Positions 18,440-28,832 are shown, counted from the first letter of the stretch. The stretch: 42,163 bases of DNA from Candidatus Magasanikiibacteriota bacterium (GCA_023246755.1 JAHFHU010000007.1:1-42163); one strand, 5' to 3'. Notes: generated by a model from the sequence alone, not told the origin. Numbers and translations are program-made.

Positions 18440-19447
18440 TCAGATTTTTTTCAGCGCATCGCGGTATAGTGCGATTTGTCCTCGGGCGCGCGCGAGATTT
18501 GCGGCGCGGCGTGTTGGATATTTTTTGGTATTCCAGCCAAAATAATTATCCTCGAAATAGTCGCGCAAAAAACGCGATGCCAAATTGAGCACGATCAGTT
18601 TTACGGCGCGGGGCAATATTTTTTTTTCGCGTGCGCTCAAAAACTTCGGCGCAGCATCAATGTAACCGGCGACTGCCGCGCGATAGAGTGCTGCGTTAAA
18701 TTTGTTGCGTGGGTCGTCTTCCGCACGCCCGCACCACGACCGAAGCGCATCGCCTAGTTCGAGTAACACCGAAAATCGCGCGCAGGTGTCCATATCAATA
18801 ATCCCACGCACATCGCGGCCCCGCTCGTCAAAAACAAAATTCGTGATTTTCAAATCGCCGTGAACAACGCGCGCGGGCAATCCGTCGGGCAGTAATAATT
18901 TTGGAAGCTCGGCCAACAAAAAATCAACGTCGCCCCGCACGGGAGCCATCAACGGATCATCCTTAAATTTTTTCGTGGTCGCCACAAACGCACGATAAAA
19001 TTTTGACACGTCATACGGATGAATGGGTAAGTGCGCGGCAAATCGATATTTTGAATCCGCGAGCGCTGCGTGAAATTTTGCAACGGCGGCCCCACACCCG
19101 CGCGCCTGCGACGCACGCGACAGTGTTTCGTGAACCACGCCCGGAATAAACGTCAGCAACCGCCAGACACGATCCGGAAATTCGTCATCAGCAACGGTAA
19201 GTTTACCACGCGTGTCGCGCACAACTTTCTGCGCGAGAATTTCGTGCGCCGCTAATTCCCGACACACCGCAGCATAATCCGCAGTGAACGCGGCGCCTGA
19301 CATGAGCGGATGCAACCGTTGCAACACGAATTCCGCGCCATCCGCGGCGTCAATTTTGAATGTTGCGTGCATGAGGCCAATCGAAATTGGTTTCACACGG
19401 CGCGGCGCACGGATTCCGTAGTGGATAAGTACCTGTTTTGGTGTCAT
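18440..19447 (-). CDS. APH/choline-kinase-like phosphotransferase
   Basis: Brenner motif HGDLKITNFVF, IIDMDT, FVLQRLH and ELGDALRSW. Confidence 0.85.
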   Translation of the reverse strand: MTPKQVLIHYGIRAPRRVKPISIGLMHATFKIDAADGAEFVLQRLHPLMSGAAFTADYAAVCRELAAHEILAQKVVRDTRGKLTVADDEFPDRVWRLLTFIPGVVHETLSRASQARGCGAAVAKFHAALADSKYRFAAHLPIHPYDVSKFYRAFVATTKKFKDDPLMAPVRGDVDFLLAELPKLLLPDGLPARVVHGDLKITNFVFDERGRDVRGIIDMDTCARFSVLLELGDALRSWCGRAEDDPRNKFNAALYRAAVAGYIDAAPKFLSAREKKILPRAVKLIVLNLASRFLRDYFEDNYFGWNTKKYPTRRAANLARARGQIALYRDALKKI

Positions 19448-19506
19448 AGATGTACATACGATCGCATAAATTGTGTTATACTGTCAACGTAATTGTTCGC
19501 TTTCAC

Positions 19507-22470
19507 ATGCGAGGATTCTTGAATAAATTTAAAACGGTACATTTCGATGCAAAAAGTCGCGTGGCAACTCTGATTGCTCGGTGGCGTTTTTTGTTTTATT
19601 CCGCGCCGGTGCTCGCGTTGTTTTTTCCGAACATCGCGCATGCGGGTATCGGTGCTACGGCTGGAAAATTTGCGGGCAAGGCCGGCAGCGCTATCACGGG
19701 TGCTGTTGGTAACATCATCGGAACCGGTGTGGAAACCGCGGGTTCACTCATGGTTTGGCTGTTTGTCGTCTATCAGCTCTCAAAAATTTTCGCTGATTTA
19801 TTTAGTGGAATCTTTTTATTTCTCATCAATTTTCTCATCGGCGTCAGTCAATACAACAGTTTTCTTGGCTCTCAAATTGTTACGATCGGCTGGACGGTAA
19901 CGCGCGACATCGCAAACATGTTTTTGGTTGTCGCTCTTCTTGTCATCGCATTCGCCACCATTCTTAACATCAACAGCTATCAGGCAAGCGCGCTTCTCAA
20001 AGATTTTTTCTTTGCGGCAATTCTGGTGAACTTTAGCAAAATGATTTGCGGCGTGTTGATTGACGCGGCGCAAGTGGTGATGATGACGTTTGTGAGCGGG
20101 TATTCCGAAACGGCTGCGGGAAATTTTGTTAAACTTTTTAAAATTGATCAGTGGTTGCAGCTGGCGCTTGGAACTGCGAGCTCACAGTTGGCAGGGGCGG
20201 GAATTCAAACGGAGACTGCGGGGGCAGGTGCGATTAAGCTCGCAGCAGGGGCTGCGGCTGCAATCGGATCGTCCGCGGCGAATTTTTTTTCAGGCATCGC
20301 AACGAATATTTTTACCTCGATAATTGGATTCATCGGAATACTTGCCGTATTGTCACTCGACATCATTCTCGTTGTTCGTATCGTGACACTCTGGTTTTTG
20401 ATCGTCGCGTCGCCGATCGCGTTCGTTGCAAAAGTTTTGCCGGTTACAAAAGGTTTTTCAAGTCAGTGGTGGAGCGCGTTCAACAAACAGTTAATCGCAG
20501 GTCCACTCGTCGCGTTTATCGTTTGGATTTCACTCGCGAGCATTGCAGTGAGCGACAACGCGTTTGATCTGACGAAAGAGGCGCAGCAAGGAAACAAGCT
20601 TTTTGCGGAAAGTAATGCGGCAACGCAAGAACAGGGTCAGGTTGCGGCAACAAAAATTTCACAATGGGAAAATCTCGCGCTCTACTTTATTCCAATTGTG
20701 ATTTTTATCATGGGTGCCAAGTGGGCGGTTGGCGTTGCGGGAGGTGCGGCAAAATCGATCACCGGATTTGCAAGTGGAAAATTAAGCGGGCTAGCGCGCA
20801 GCGGCTTGTCTACGCTCAAAAATCAAGCTGTCGGTAAAGGCCAGTTCTCGGTGTTGACACAAGCAAAAAAGGGATTTAGCGGTCAAGGCGGATTCACTTC
20901 GGGGCTTTTGGGTGGAACAGTTGGTGCGCTTGGAACGGCAGGTATGGCGAATCTTGGAAATAGATTTGGCGCTCTTAAAGAAGGAACGAAATTGGGCGAT
21001 GGAATTCGGACAGCGGGTAGTGCGCTGATCGGCGGAGCCGAGAGTCGCGCGCGTACGCGTGAGTTGCAGAAAGATGTTAAAAATGCGGCTTCTCATCTTG
21101 GAGTTGGTGAGTTGGGTAAAAAACGCGTAGACGTTGTGAATGCAGGTGCTGAAGCGGATATGTATCGTAAGCGAGCGTCAAAAGAGCGGGCAGCTGATAT
21201 GGCTGCTGCGAGGAGTATTGCTGATCCAGCAACGCGTGAGAAAGCTGAAAACGAGGCACAATCAAATTATGCAACTTTGCAAAAGAAAGCTGATGAAGCG
21301 ATTCATCACGCAGAAGAAGCACAGAAAGACATATTTAAGGCCGATGGCCGGATTGATGATGGTGTGCTGTTGGCGGACATGAAGAAGAAGGTTGAAAACG
21401 GAACGGTCAATGAGGTAGAGCTTGCAGCGGCGAAAAAGATGATTGGTGAATCAGTTGATAAGAAGGTTACCGATGAAATTGCAAAGAAGCGTCAGGCGTG
21501 GGCGAAAGATCGCAAGGCGCATGTTGATGCGGGCGGTGATCCAGAAGATTTTCGCAAGTTTGATGAGGCTGCGGTACGGGGTGAAGCAGAAAATGAGTTT
21601 GGCATCAAGAAAAAGAACGAAGGCGATCCAACAAATCCAGGCATCGAAGATTTATATAAAAGTTACAAACAGGCTCCACCGCGTAATATTACGGATGATA
21701 AAAGCAAAACTCCGACCAAGGTTGCGGCTGAAGCGGCAAAAACTGCGACAACTGCCGCGGGTAGTATTTTGGCAGCCGCAAATGTTTCGGTTGCGAATGG
21801 ATATGCTCGCGACATGGCAACGCCGGGTAATGCGGATGTTGCCCGAAATAACTTGGCCGCAAGCACGGGCGCAGCGCTGCAAGCCGCAAAAACAGGTGGT
21901 GCTTCGGACGCTGATCTGAAAGCTGCAGTTGGTCGGGCGATTAACATGGTTCCGTCTGCGGGCCGCGCTGCGTTCACGAATGATCTTACATCTGCTGCAG
22001 GCAGTTCGGCGGTTGGCGCAATTGTTGCCGCTGTACGCAGCGAATTGAGTTCAATCAGTCCAGCGACTGCGACCAATGAAATTTTGGATCGGTTGGGCAA
22101 GCGCGTTGAAGGTAAGCCGAGTGAAACAACGCAAATTACACTTAAAGATTTGGGGTCACGAACAAGTTCAGATGGTCGACAAACACTTTCACCTGATGCA
22201 GTTGGTAAGTTGGCAGCGGCAATTGCTGCGGATCCGAAGTTTGTCGCGCGGTTGAGTCCGCAAGCGCTCATGCATCCGGACATACAGCGCACAGTTGGAC
22301 ACAGTGTTCAGTCATCGGGCGATGCGCTTGATATCATGATGGAGATTGGAAGTACGCTTGAGAAGAGTGTTGGAAAAACGCTCGCACGAAATCTTGCTAC
22401 GGCGATCAAGAATTATCATCCAGACCCCGTGATGAAAGCGCAGGCAGACTCATTGCCTGGGCTGATTTAA
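19507..22470 (+). CDS. VirB6/TrbL-like polytopic membrane protein with long soluble C-terminal tail
   Basis: GWTVTRDIANM, LVNFSKMICGVLID and VRIVTLWFLIVASPIAF...WW in the hydrophobic N-half. It heads an operon with PrgI and VirB4-like genes. Start uncertain. Confidence 0.7.
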   Translation: MRGFLNKFKTVHFDAKSRVATLIARWRFLFYSAPVLALFFPNIAHAGIGATAGKFAGKAGSAITGAVGNIIGTGVETAGSLMVWLFVVYQLSKIFADLFSGIFLFLINFLIGVSQYNSFLGSQIVTIGWTVTRDIANMFLVVALLVIAFATILNINSYQASALLKDFFFAAILVNFSKMICGVLIDAAQVVMMTFVSGYSETAAGNFVKLFKIDQWLQLALGTASSQLAGAGIQTETAGAGAIKLAAGAAAAIGSSAANFFSGIATNIFTSIIGFIGILAVLSLDIILVVRIVTLWFLIVASPIAFVAKVLPVTKGFSSQWWSAFNKQLIAGPLVAFIVWISLASIAVSDNAFDLTKEAQQGNKLFAESNAATQEQGQVAATKISQWENLALYFIPIVIFIMGAKWAVGVAGGAAKSITGFASGKLSGLARSGLSTLKNQAVGKGQFSVLTQAKKGFSGQGGFTSGLLGGTVGALGTAGMANLGNRFGALKEGTKLGDGIRTAGSALIGGAESRARTRELQKDVKNAASHLGVGELGKKRVDVVNAGAEADMYRKRASKERAADMAAARSIADPATREKAENEAQSNYATLQKKADEAIHHAEEAQKDIFKADGRIDDGVLLADMKKKVENGTVNEVELAAAKKMIGESVDKKVTDEIAKKRQAWAKDRKAHVDAGGDPEDFRKFDEAAVRGEAENEFGIKKKNEGDPTNPGIEDLYKSYKQAPPRNITDDKSKTPTKVAAEAAKTATTAAGSILAAANVSVANGYARDMATPGNADVARNNLAASTGAALQAAKTGGASDADLKAAVGRAINMVPSAGRAAFTNDLTSAAGSSAVGAIVAAVRSELSSISPATATNEILDRLGKRVEGKPSETTQITLKDLGSRTSSDGRQTLSPDAVGKLAAAIAADPKFVARLSPQALMHPDIQRTVGHSVQSSGDALDIMMEIGSTLEKSVGKTLARNLATAIKNYHPDPVMKAQADSLPGLI

Positions 22471-22473
22471 TCT

Positions 22474-24321
22474 ATGAATACGGCTTTGAAATTTTCTTCA
22501 ATTCTCGATCTACCACGACTGCTGGTTGATTATTTATTGAGCAATCCGCTTGTTGCATTTAACAGTGGTCTGCTCGTGAATTATGGATTTGATGCGGACA
22601 AACGCGAGACGATTGTACGTATGCAGGGCGAGTTGGTTTTTCGTACGTTGCAGGTTGAGGATTTGCCGACCGCGATTCGTGAGCGGCTTGGTGTTGCGGA
22701 TGATCAAAAAATTCACAACATGGCACAGGATATTTTTAATGAATTTTGTGGGCCGATTCGATGGTATTTTCCGCAGTTGCGTGAGCGACTCGAAAAAATG
22801 GGTTTTGTGTTGAATGCGACGGATTTGTTTCCGATCCTGCAACCAAAAACGTCGCTTGCAGAAGCGATTGCGGCGGTGATGACGAAAATGGGTGATTTGC
22901 CGCGGTCGATAAAAGATCGGGTCGCTTCACTTGTCGAATTGACGTTACGTGCACAGGTGTACGATGAGGGTGGGTTGCGTGCGCAACTTTCGAAGTCAAT
23001 GAGCGACGGTGGTTTTGGATTGGGTGAAACAAATGTGCGCACGTTTATTTCGCAAATCAAGGAATATGTGACGTTGTATGCATTCAGCGATATACCGGAT
23101 GTAAACAGCGATGCGGCCGCGCCAGTTTTTTCAGAAGTAAAATTGACATCGTCGCCGCCGCCATCGACGATTGATCCGGCGACAATTCCACGTGACATGC
23201 TCGCGGCGCATGAAGCTTCTGAGGTGGATGATGCGGCTGCTGCGGCGCAAACGGTTGCATCATCAACGCCCTCGTCGCAACATCAGTCACTCGTTGAAGC
23301 GGTTCTCGCGGTTGATGCGCTGCATGATCGTTCCGAAGAAATTCAAAAACGGTGGCGCACGATTGTTGAGATGCGCGTTGGGGGCGCGCGCGATGCGACG
23401 AAGACGCGCGCGATGCTTGAAACACCGGAGGCGAACGGAGGTTTGGGTTTGAGCGCGGCAGAAGCGACGCGACTTGCAACGATGCTTGAACAAACAGCCG
23501 GAGGTTTTGAAAAGCGCGGCGAAGAGTTTTCAGTCATGGAAAAAATTGCGAGCGTGCAACAAGCGGCTGCGGGAATTATGGCAGGTCCAGAAGCGACAGC
23601 ACGCGAAACTCAGAAAAAATTGAACGAACGATTTATTTCGATGTTTGGTAAGGGCGCGGTTGAAGAGATGCGCCGCGAGACGCATCGAGAATTGCAAACT
23701 GCTGAAGCCGCACATCCGGGCGAAGAAGCGCGATCTCACATGGCACCGATCGCGATGGCTACCGCCGCCGCGACAGTTCAGCCAGCTGCAAAAACCGAGC
23801 TCCCGCCGCCGCCACCGTCGGCAGCACCACTGCAAGAGCCGAAATACATTCCACGCGTTCCGGAAAAATTGAAACAATTGATCGACACGGAAAGTTCGGC
23901 GTATTCTTTGAGCTCATTGAAACAAAAAAGTGGTCCGCCATCAGCGCCACCGCAGAAAAAAACAAGCGATATTCGTCCGAGCACGCGGTTAGTTGGTCCG
24001 ATGGACGAGCTGCAAACCATGTCACTCGTTGATTTTCGGCGTTTGTCGCCCGACGTGTCCGTGCGCATTCAGAAAATTCGGAGTAAAATTGAAGTAATCG
24101 GACAAGATGGTCCACACGAAAAAATTCGTGCGATCGCCGCGTTTGAGCAGAGTGATCCGGTGCGCGTGTATCGTGGGCTGCTCAAACGAAGTTTGATTGA
24201 AGGGCGCACGATCGACGAGCTTTCGGGCGAACTCAAAAAATCAGGTGGCGAATATCTTGACGCAGACGAGATCGCGGCGCTCCGACAATTTTTGTCACAA
24301 ATTCGTTATTCGAGCTTGTAA
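22474..24321 (+). CDS. Hypothetical cytoplasmic protein of the T4SS-like cluster
   Basis: 615-aa ORF tightly packed in the operon. Duplicated GG(F/L)GL segment, Pro-rich linker and C-terminal LVGPMDEL...DFRRL. Confidence 0.8.
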   Translation: MNTALKFSSILDLPRLLVDYLLSNPLVAFNSGLLVNYGFDADKRETIVRMQGELVFRTLQVEDLPTAIRERLGVADDQKIHNMAQDIFNEFCGPIRWYFPQLRERLEKMGFVLNATDLFPILQPKTSLAEAIAAVMTKMGDLPRSIKDRVASLVELTLRAQVYDEGGLRAQLSKSMSDGGFGLGETNVRTFISQIKEYVTLYAFSDIPDVNSDAAAPVFSEVKLTSSPPPSTIDPATIPRDMLAAHEASEVDDAAAAAQTVASSTPSSQHQSLVEAVLAVDALHDRSEEIQKRWRTIVEMRVGGARDATKTRAMLETPEANGGLGLSAAEATRLATMLEQTAGGFEKRGEEFSVMEKIASVQQAAAGIMAGPEATARETQKKLNERFISMFGKGAVEEMRRETHRELQTAEAAHPGEEARSHMAPIAMATAAATVQPAAKTELPPPPPSAAPLQEPKYIPRVPEKLKQLIDTESSAYSLSSLKQKSGPPSAPPQKKTSDIRPSTRLVGPMDELQTMSLVDFRRLSPDVSVRIQKIRSKIEVIGQDGPHEKIRAIAAFEQSDPVRVYRGLLKRSLIEGRTIDELSGELKKSGGEYLDADEIAALRQFLSQIRYSSL

Positions 24322-24323
24322 TT

Positions 24324-24770
24324 ATGTCCCAACAATTTGTTGTTCCACAATTCATCGACGCGGAACCAAAATTATTGGGACCGATCACGCCGCGACAATT
24401 CGCAATTTTATTTGTGACCATCATGCTCGGCGCTGTTCTTAAGTTGCTCGTGCCCTTTGGTTTTTTTATCGCGGGCTGCATTCCGCTTGCGGGCGTGGGG
24501 CTGACGGTCGCATTTGTAAAAATCAACGGACAAGCATTCCACTATTTTTTGTTGAACGTCATTCAAACAATGCGCAAAGCGAAGGTTCGTGTGTGGCAAA
24601 AAAAATTGACGGATGATTATCTTCGCCAGTTTGTTCATCGCGAAGAAAAAAAAGTAGAAGTGAAAATTGCGCATAAAGCATTTATCCAATCAAGTCGGCT
24701 CAATGAACTTTCGCTCATCGTCAACACCGGCGGCGCATATCGACCCGAAGCCGACGATGATAACGCATAA
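24324..24770 (+). CDS. PrgI-family (VirB3-like) membrane protein
   Basis: QFVVPQFIDAEPKLLGPITPRQF N-terminal signature, two TM helices, then KINGQ. Confidence 0.85.
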   Translation: MSQQFVVPQFIDAEPKLLGPITPRQFAILFVTIMLGAVLKLLVPFGFFIAGCIPLAGVGLTVAFVKINGQAFHYFLLNVIQTMRKAKVRVWQKKLTDDYLRQFVHREEKKVEVKIAHKAFIQSSRLNELSLIVNTGGAYRPEADDDNA

Positions 24771-24775
24771 TTTTT

Positions 24776-25483
24776 ATGGCAACTCCACACGTCGAAACCA
24801 TGCAAAGTAAAAAACTCGCGGGCGCAAAACCAGCGGCATCGACCGAGCAATATTTGGATATCGCTGAAATTCGCGACAACGTCGTGATCATGAAAGATGG
24901 AACACTGCGGGGCGTCGTCCTCGTATCATCGATAAATTTTGCGTTGAAATCGGATGATGAACAGACGGGCGTGATTCAGTCGTATGTTTCTTTTTTAAAT
25001 TCGATTGATTTTCCCGTGCAAGTTGTCATTCAATCACGCAAATTAAATGTTGATGCATATCTTGATCGCCTTAAAGAAGCAGAAAGAACACAGCGCAACG
25101 AATTATTGCGCGCGCAGATTGCGGACTATCGACAGTTTATTCGCGAGCTGATTGAGCTCGGGCAAATCATGAGCAAACGTTTTTTTGTTGTCGTTCCGTA
25201 TAATCCGGGGTCAAACAAAGCGAAGAGTTGGTGGGAACGCGCACAGGAAGTTTTGTCGCCGATCAAATCTGTGCGCGCAAAGGAAGCACAATTTTTGGAT
25301 CGCAAACGCGCGCTCGATTTACGCATGTCGCTCGTGCTTGGCGGGCTCGGTGGAATGAGTTTGCAGGTGACGCAACTCGACACGCAAGGGTTGGTTGAAC
25401 TTTATTACACCGTTTACAATCCGGACATCTTCTTAACTGAAAAACTTGCGTCAATTGATCAGATACAAGTTGAGCGCGAATAA
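24776..25483 (+). CDS. TraC/VirB4-N-terminal-like protein without Walker motifs
   Basis: VLVSSINFALKSDDEQ, FLNSIDFPVQVVIQSR and RFFVVVPY. Sits between PrgI and the VirB4 ATPase. Confidence 0.7.
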   Translation: MATPHVETMQSKKLAGAKPAASTEQYLDIAEIRDNVVIMKDGTLRGVVLVSSINFALKSDDEQTGVIQSYVSFLNSIDFPVQVVIQSRKLNVDAYLDRLKEAERTQRNELLRAQIADYRQFIRELIELGQIMSKRFFVVVPYNPGSNKAKSWWERAQEVLSPIKSVRAKEAQFLDRKRALDLRMSLVLGGLGGMSLQVTQLDTQGLVELYYTVYNPDIFLTEKLASIDQIQVERE

Positions 25484-25494
25484 TTGAGTTTTTT

Positions 25495-27507
25495 ATGGCA
25501 TTTCAACCAATTTCACCACCAACCGCGCGGCCCATCGGATCGCCGTCATCGTCGTCAAAAAAGCCGAGCAAACAAGATGAGCTCAAGCGCGCCGCCGAAG
25601 AAGAGCGACAGGCACTTGAATCAGAACGCATTTATCGCAGCGGTGTCATCAACATCCGCGACATCATCGCGCCGGCCGCATTTAAAGTTGAGTCTGCGTA
25701 TGTTTTGATTGGCGAAGTTTATGCACGCACATTGTTTGTCGTAACGTATCCGCGCTACATCGGCGTTGGTTGGTTTTCTCCGATCATTAATTTGCCGCTC
25801 ACGCTCGACATCGCCATGTTTTTTTATCCGGTTCCAAGCGAAATTATTTTGAAGCAACTCAAAGAGCGTGTGGGTTTCATGGAAGCGCAAATTGTTTCTG
25901 ATGCGGAAAAAGGCGCGCCACGTGATCCGATTTCAGAAACTGCACTCCGCGATATCGAAGCGTTGCGCGATTCACTTTCGCAAGGCACGGAAAAGTTTTT
26001 TCAATTTGCGTTGTACGTGACGATTTACACAAAAACAAAAGAAGAGCTCGACAAAACGACGGCGGATATCGAAGGCATGTTTGGGTCAAAATTAATTTAC
26101 ACCAAAAAAGTTTTGTATCAGGCCGAACAAGGTTTTAACTCAACCATTCCACTCGGCAACGATGAACTCATGATCACGGCGAACATGAATTCGTCGCCAA
26201 TCGCTGCGTCATTTCCATTTATGTCCGCGGAACTCACGAGTGACAATGGAATTTTGTATGGTATCAATCGCCACAACAATAGTTTGATTTTGTTTGATCG
26301 ATTTTCCATGCAAAACGCGAATTCAGTTGTGTTCGCAACATCGGGTGCGGGAAAATCATACGCGGTCAAACTTGAAATTCTTCGTTTGCTGATGGTGGGT
26401 GTGAGTGTGATCGTTATCGATCCGGAGTTTGAATACAAACAATTATCTGACGCGGTTGGCGGAACGTTCATCAATATTTCGCTGGCGTCGGAAGCAAAAG
26501 TTAATCCGTTCGATTTGCCGCGTCCCGTTGGTGAACAAATTTCAACGGAAGATATAATTCGGAGTGCGGTGATCACGCTTAAAGGATTGTTTCGCATCAT
26601 GTTTGGCACGATCTCAAATGAGGAAGATTCGGTTTTGGACCGTGCGCTTCTTGAAACATTTGCGAAAAAAGATATCACACCGGATTCGGATTTGACGAAA
26701 GTTGAAACGCCGGTGATGGCTGATTTTCAGTCCGTGCTTGAAGGCATGACGGGTGCGGAAAATATGCTCGTCAAGGTTAAAAAATTTACCGAAGGAACTT
26801 TTGCGGGGTTGCTTAACCAACCGACGAATGTTGATATGAATGGGCAGCTTGTCGTGTATTGCGTGCGTGATCTTGAAGATGAGTTGCGTCCAACTGCGAT
26901 TTATACTATCGTCAATTACATTTGGAATGTCGTTCGTTCGTCGAGAAAAAAACGTGCGTTGATTATTGATGAGGCGTGGTGGCTGATGCAGCACGAAGAT
27001 TCCGCGCGATTTATTTTTGCGCTCGTTAAGCGCGCACGTAAATATTTTCTTGGTGTGACAACAATTACGCAAGATGTGAATGACTTTTTGGGTTCACAAT
27101 ATGGACAAGCGATTGTGACGAATTCATCGATTCAGTTGCTGCTTAAACAATCGCCGGCATCCGTTAATAATTTGGTTAAGACATTCATGTTGACGGAAGG
27201 TGAAAAGTTTTTGCTGCTTGAGAGTGCGGTTGGTGAGGGGATTTTCTTTGCGGGGCAAAAGCATGCGGCAATCAAAATCGTTGCGTCGTATAACGAAGAT
27301 CAGATTGTAACAACGAACCCGCAACAGCTGCTCAAACTTGAAGAGGAGCGACGAAAAATGCGTGAGGAGCAAGAAAAACTTGATACCGAGCGAAATGAAA
27401 AAGATGGTGGAGCACAGGCGGCGCTTGACAGCGTTGTTCCGTTCGAGTTTAATCCAGATACGGAGGCTGATGCGGCTGCTGCCGTCGCTCCGGGAGGATC
27501 TGCATAA
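25495..27507 (+). CDS. VirB4/TraC-like type IV secretion ATPase
   Basis: Walker A ATSGAGKS, VIDPEFEY, Walker B IIDEAWW and RARKY...TITQD. Confidence 0.9.
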   Translation: MAFQPISPPTARPIGSPSSSSKKPSKQDELKRAAEEERQALESERIYRSGVINIRDIIAPAAFKVESAYVLIGEVYARTLFVVTYPRYIGVGWFSPIINLPLTLDIAMFFYPVPSEIILKQLKERVGFMEAQIVSDAEKGAPRDPISETALRDIEALRDSLSQGTEKFFQFALYVTIYTKTKEELDKTTADIEGMFGSKLIYTKKVLYQAEQGFNSTIPLGNDELMITANMNSSPIAASFPFMSAELTSDNGILYGINRHNNSLILFDRFSMQNANSVVFATSGAGKSYAVKLEILRLLMVGVSVIVIDPEFEYKQLSDAVGGTFINISLASEAKVNPFDLPRPVGEQISTEDIIRSAVITLKGLFRIMFGTISNEEDSVLDRALLETFAKKDITPDSDLTKVETPVMADFQSVLEGMTGAENMLVKVKKFTEGTFAGLLNQPTNVDMNGQLVVYCVRDLEDELRPTAIYTIVNYIWNVVRSSRKKRALIIDEAWWLMQHEDSARFIFALVKRARKYFLGVTTITQDVNDFLGSQYGQAIVTNSSIQLLLKQSPASVNNLVKTFMLTEGEKFLLLESAVGEGIFFAGQKHAAIKIVASYNEDQIVTTNPQQLLKLEEERRKMREEQEKLDTERNEKDGGAQAALDSVVPFEFNPDTEADAAAAVAPGGSA

Positions 27508-27518
27508 TTTTTATTTCT

Positions 27519-28118
27519 ATGGAAGAACAAACAAAACGCACAACGATTCTGGTTTTGGCTGCGCTCGGAGTAGTGATTGTGATTTTCGTTGGAATTTTTT
27601 ATTGGCTCAATAAACAAAAATCAGCGAGCTCGGTCGTGGTGACACCCGCGCAACCTGCTGCACAGATTGTTGCTGAGCGCGCAGAAGCGTTGCCCGAGAC
27701 GACAAAAACCGAAGTTGATCATTCGCGGGACCAGCAGCCACCCGACTCAAAAGATGCGCAACTGCGACGGTTTTGCGGCGATTTTATTGCGCGTTTCGGC
27801 ACGTATTCAACGGATGGTGGCGGATTAAATTTACAGCAAGTTTTGCCACTCATGACCGGAGATCTTAAAGCGTGGGCCGAAGGGCAGGCGGCGGTCAGCG
27901 CGCGCGTCGAGAAATTTTCTGGCGTTGTTACGAAAGCTTTGGCCGTTAAGATAATTTCGCAAACCGCGACCGATGCGATTGTCAAAGTTGGAACACAGCG
28001 AATTTATACAGAAGGCGATGGTCTGCACACTAAACTTGAGGACGCGACGATGAAGCTTGTGCATGATGCGACGGGCTGGCGCGTGAGCGGTGTGACGTGG
28101 GAAGTTCGGCCGAATTAA
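27519..28118 (+). CDS. Bitopic membrane protein, possibly VirB8/NTF2-like
   Basis: N-terminal TM helix, then a ~120-aa alpha/beta domain (FIARFGTYS...GWRV). The VirB8 label is inferred from position only. Confidence 0.6.
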   Translation: MEEQTKRTTILVLAALGVVIVIFVGIFYWLNKQKSASSVVVTPAQPAAQIVAERAEALPETTKTEVDHSRDQQPPDSKDAQLRRFCGDFIARFGTYSTDGGGLNLQQVLPLMTGDLKAWAEGQAAVSARVEKFSGVVTKALAVKIISQTATDAIVKVGTQRIYTEGDGLHTKLEDATMKLVHDATGWRVSGVTWEVRPN

Positions 28119-28129
28119 TTTTTTAACGT

Positions 28130-28801
28130 ATGCAAGGAGGAGGGTCGTTTTTGAATTTTTTATATCCAGCCCGATGCGTTGGCTGCGATTTGTGGTATGA
28201 CTATGGATCGCGATTGATGTGGTGTTCGGTTTGCGAAGTGCAGAGTTCGTCAAAGTCTGGTCGGATTCGATTGGTCGATGGTGTTAAGATTTTTTCGGCA
28301 CGCTGTTTTGACGTTCCTGTTGTTGCACGTTTCGTGCATGCGCTTAAATATGAGAGCATCGTCGATGTTGCGCTGATCGGAGCGCGTTGGATGCAATTGA
28401 ATTTTGAAACGATAACGCAACAAGCGAAATTTAAAAAAATAATTCTGATTCCCGTGCCGCTTCATAAACGCCGTTTGAATCATCGCGGATTTAATCAAGC
28501 AGAACTTATTGCGCACGCGTTGTGTGTCGCGCAGTCAGCATCCGAAATTTTTGTTGAGACGGATGTGCTTCTACGCACACGAAACACGGCGCCGCAAGCG
28601 GGAGCAACTGAAAAACAACGCACAAAACAGTTGAAAGGCGCGTTTCAAGTGGTGCGGAACGTTGATCCTGATGCAGTGTACGTTATTATCGATGACGTCA
28701 TCACCACGGGCAGCACCGTGGGCGAATGTGTTCGAGCGATGCGTCAAGCCGGAGCTCGAAATTTATGCGCGCTCACGATTGCGTCGACATCTGAAAACTA
28801 A
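28130..28801 (+). CDS. comF: ComF family protein (zinc ribbon plus PRTase-like domain)
   Basis: YPARCVGC/CSVC, IPVPLHKRR...RGFNQAE and IIDDVITTGST. Confidence 0.9.
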   Translation: MQGGGSFLNFLYPARCVGCDLWYDYGSRLMWCSVCEVQSSSKSGRIRLVDGVKIFSARCFDVPVVARFVHALKYESIVDVALIGARWMQLNFETITQQAKFKKIILIPVPLHKRRLNHRGFNQAELIAHALCVAQSASEIFVETDVLLRTRNTAPQAGATEKQRTKQLKGAFQVVRNVDPDAVYVIIDDVITTGSTVGECVRAMRQAGARNLCALTIASTSEN

Positions 28802-28832
28802 AAACCTAATCCGGAGATCAGGTTTTTAGTTT
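28795..28832. terminator. Bidirectional terminator-like hairpin
   Basis: AAACTAAAAACCT (28795-28807) pairs with AGGTTTTTAGTTT (28820-28832), between comF and the convergent tRNA-Ser unit. Confidence 0.7.
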
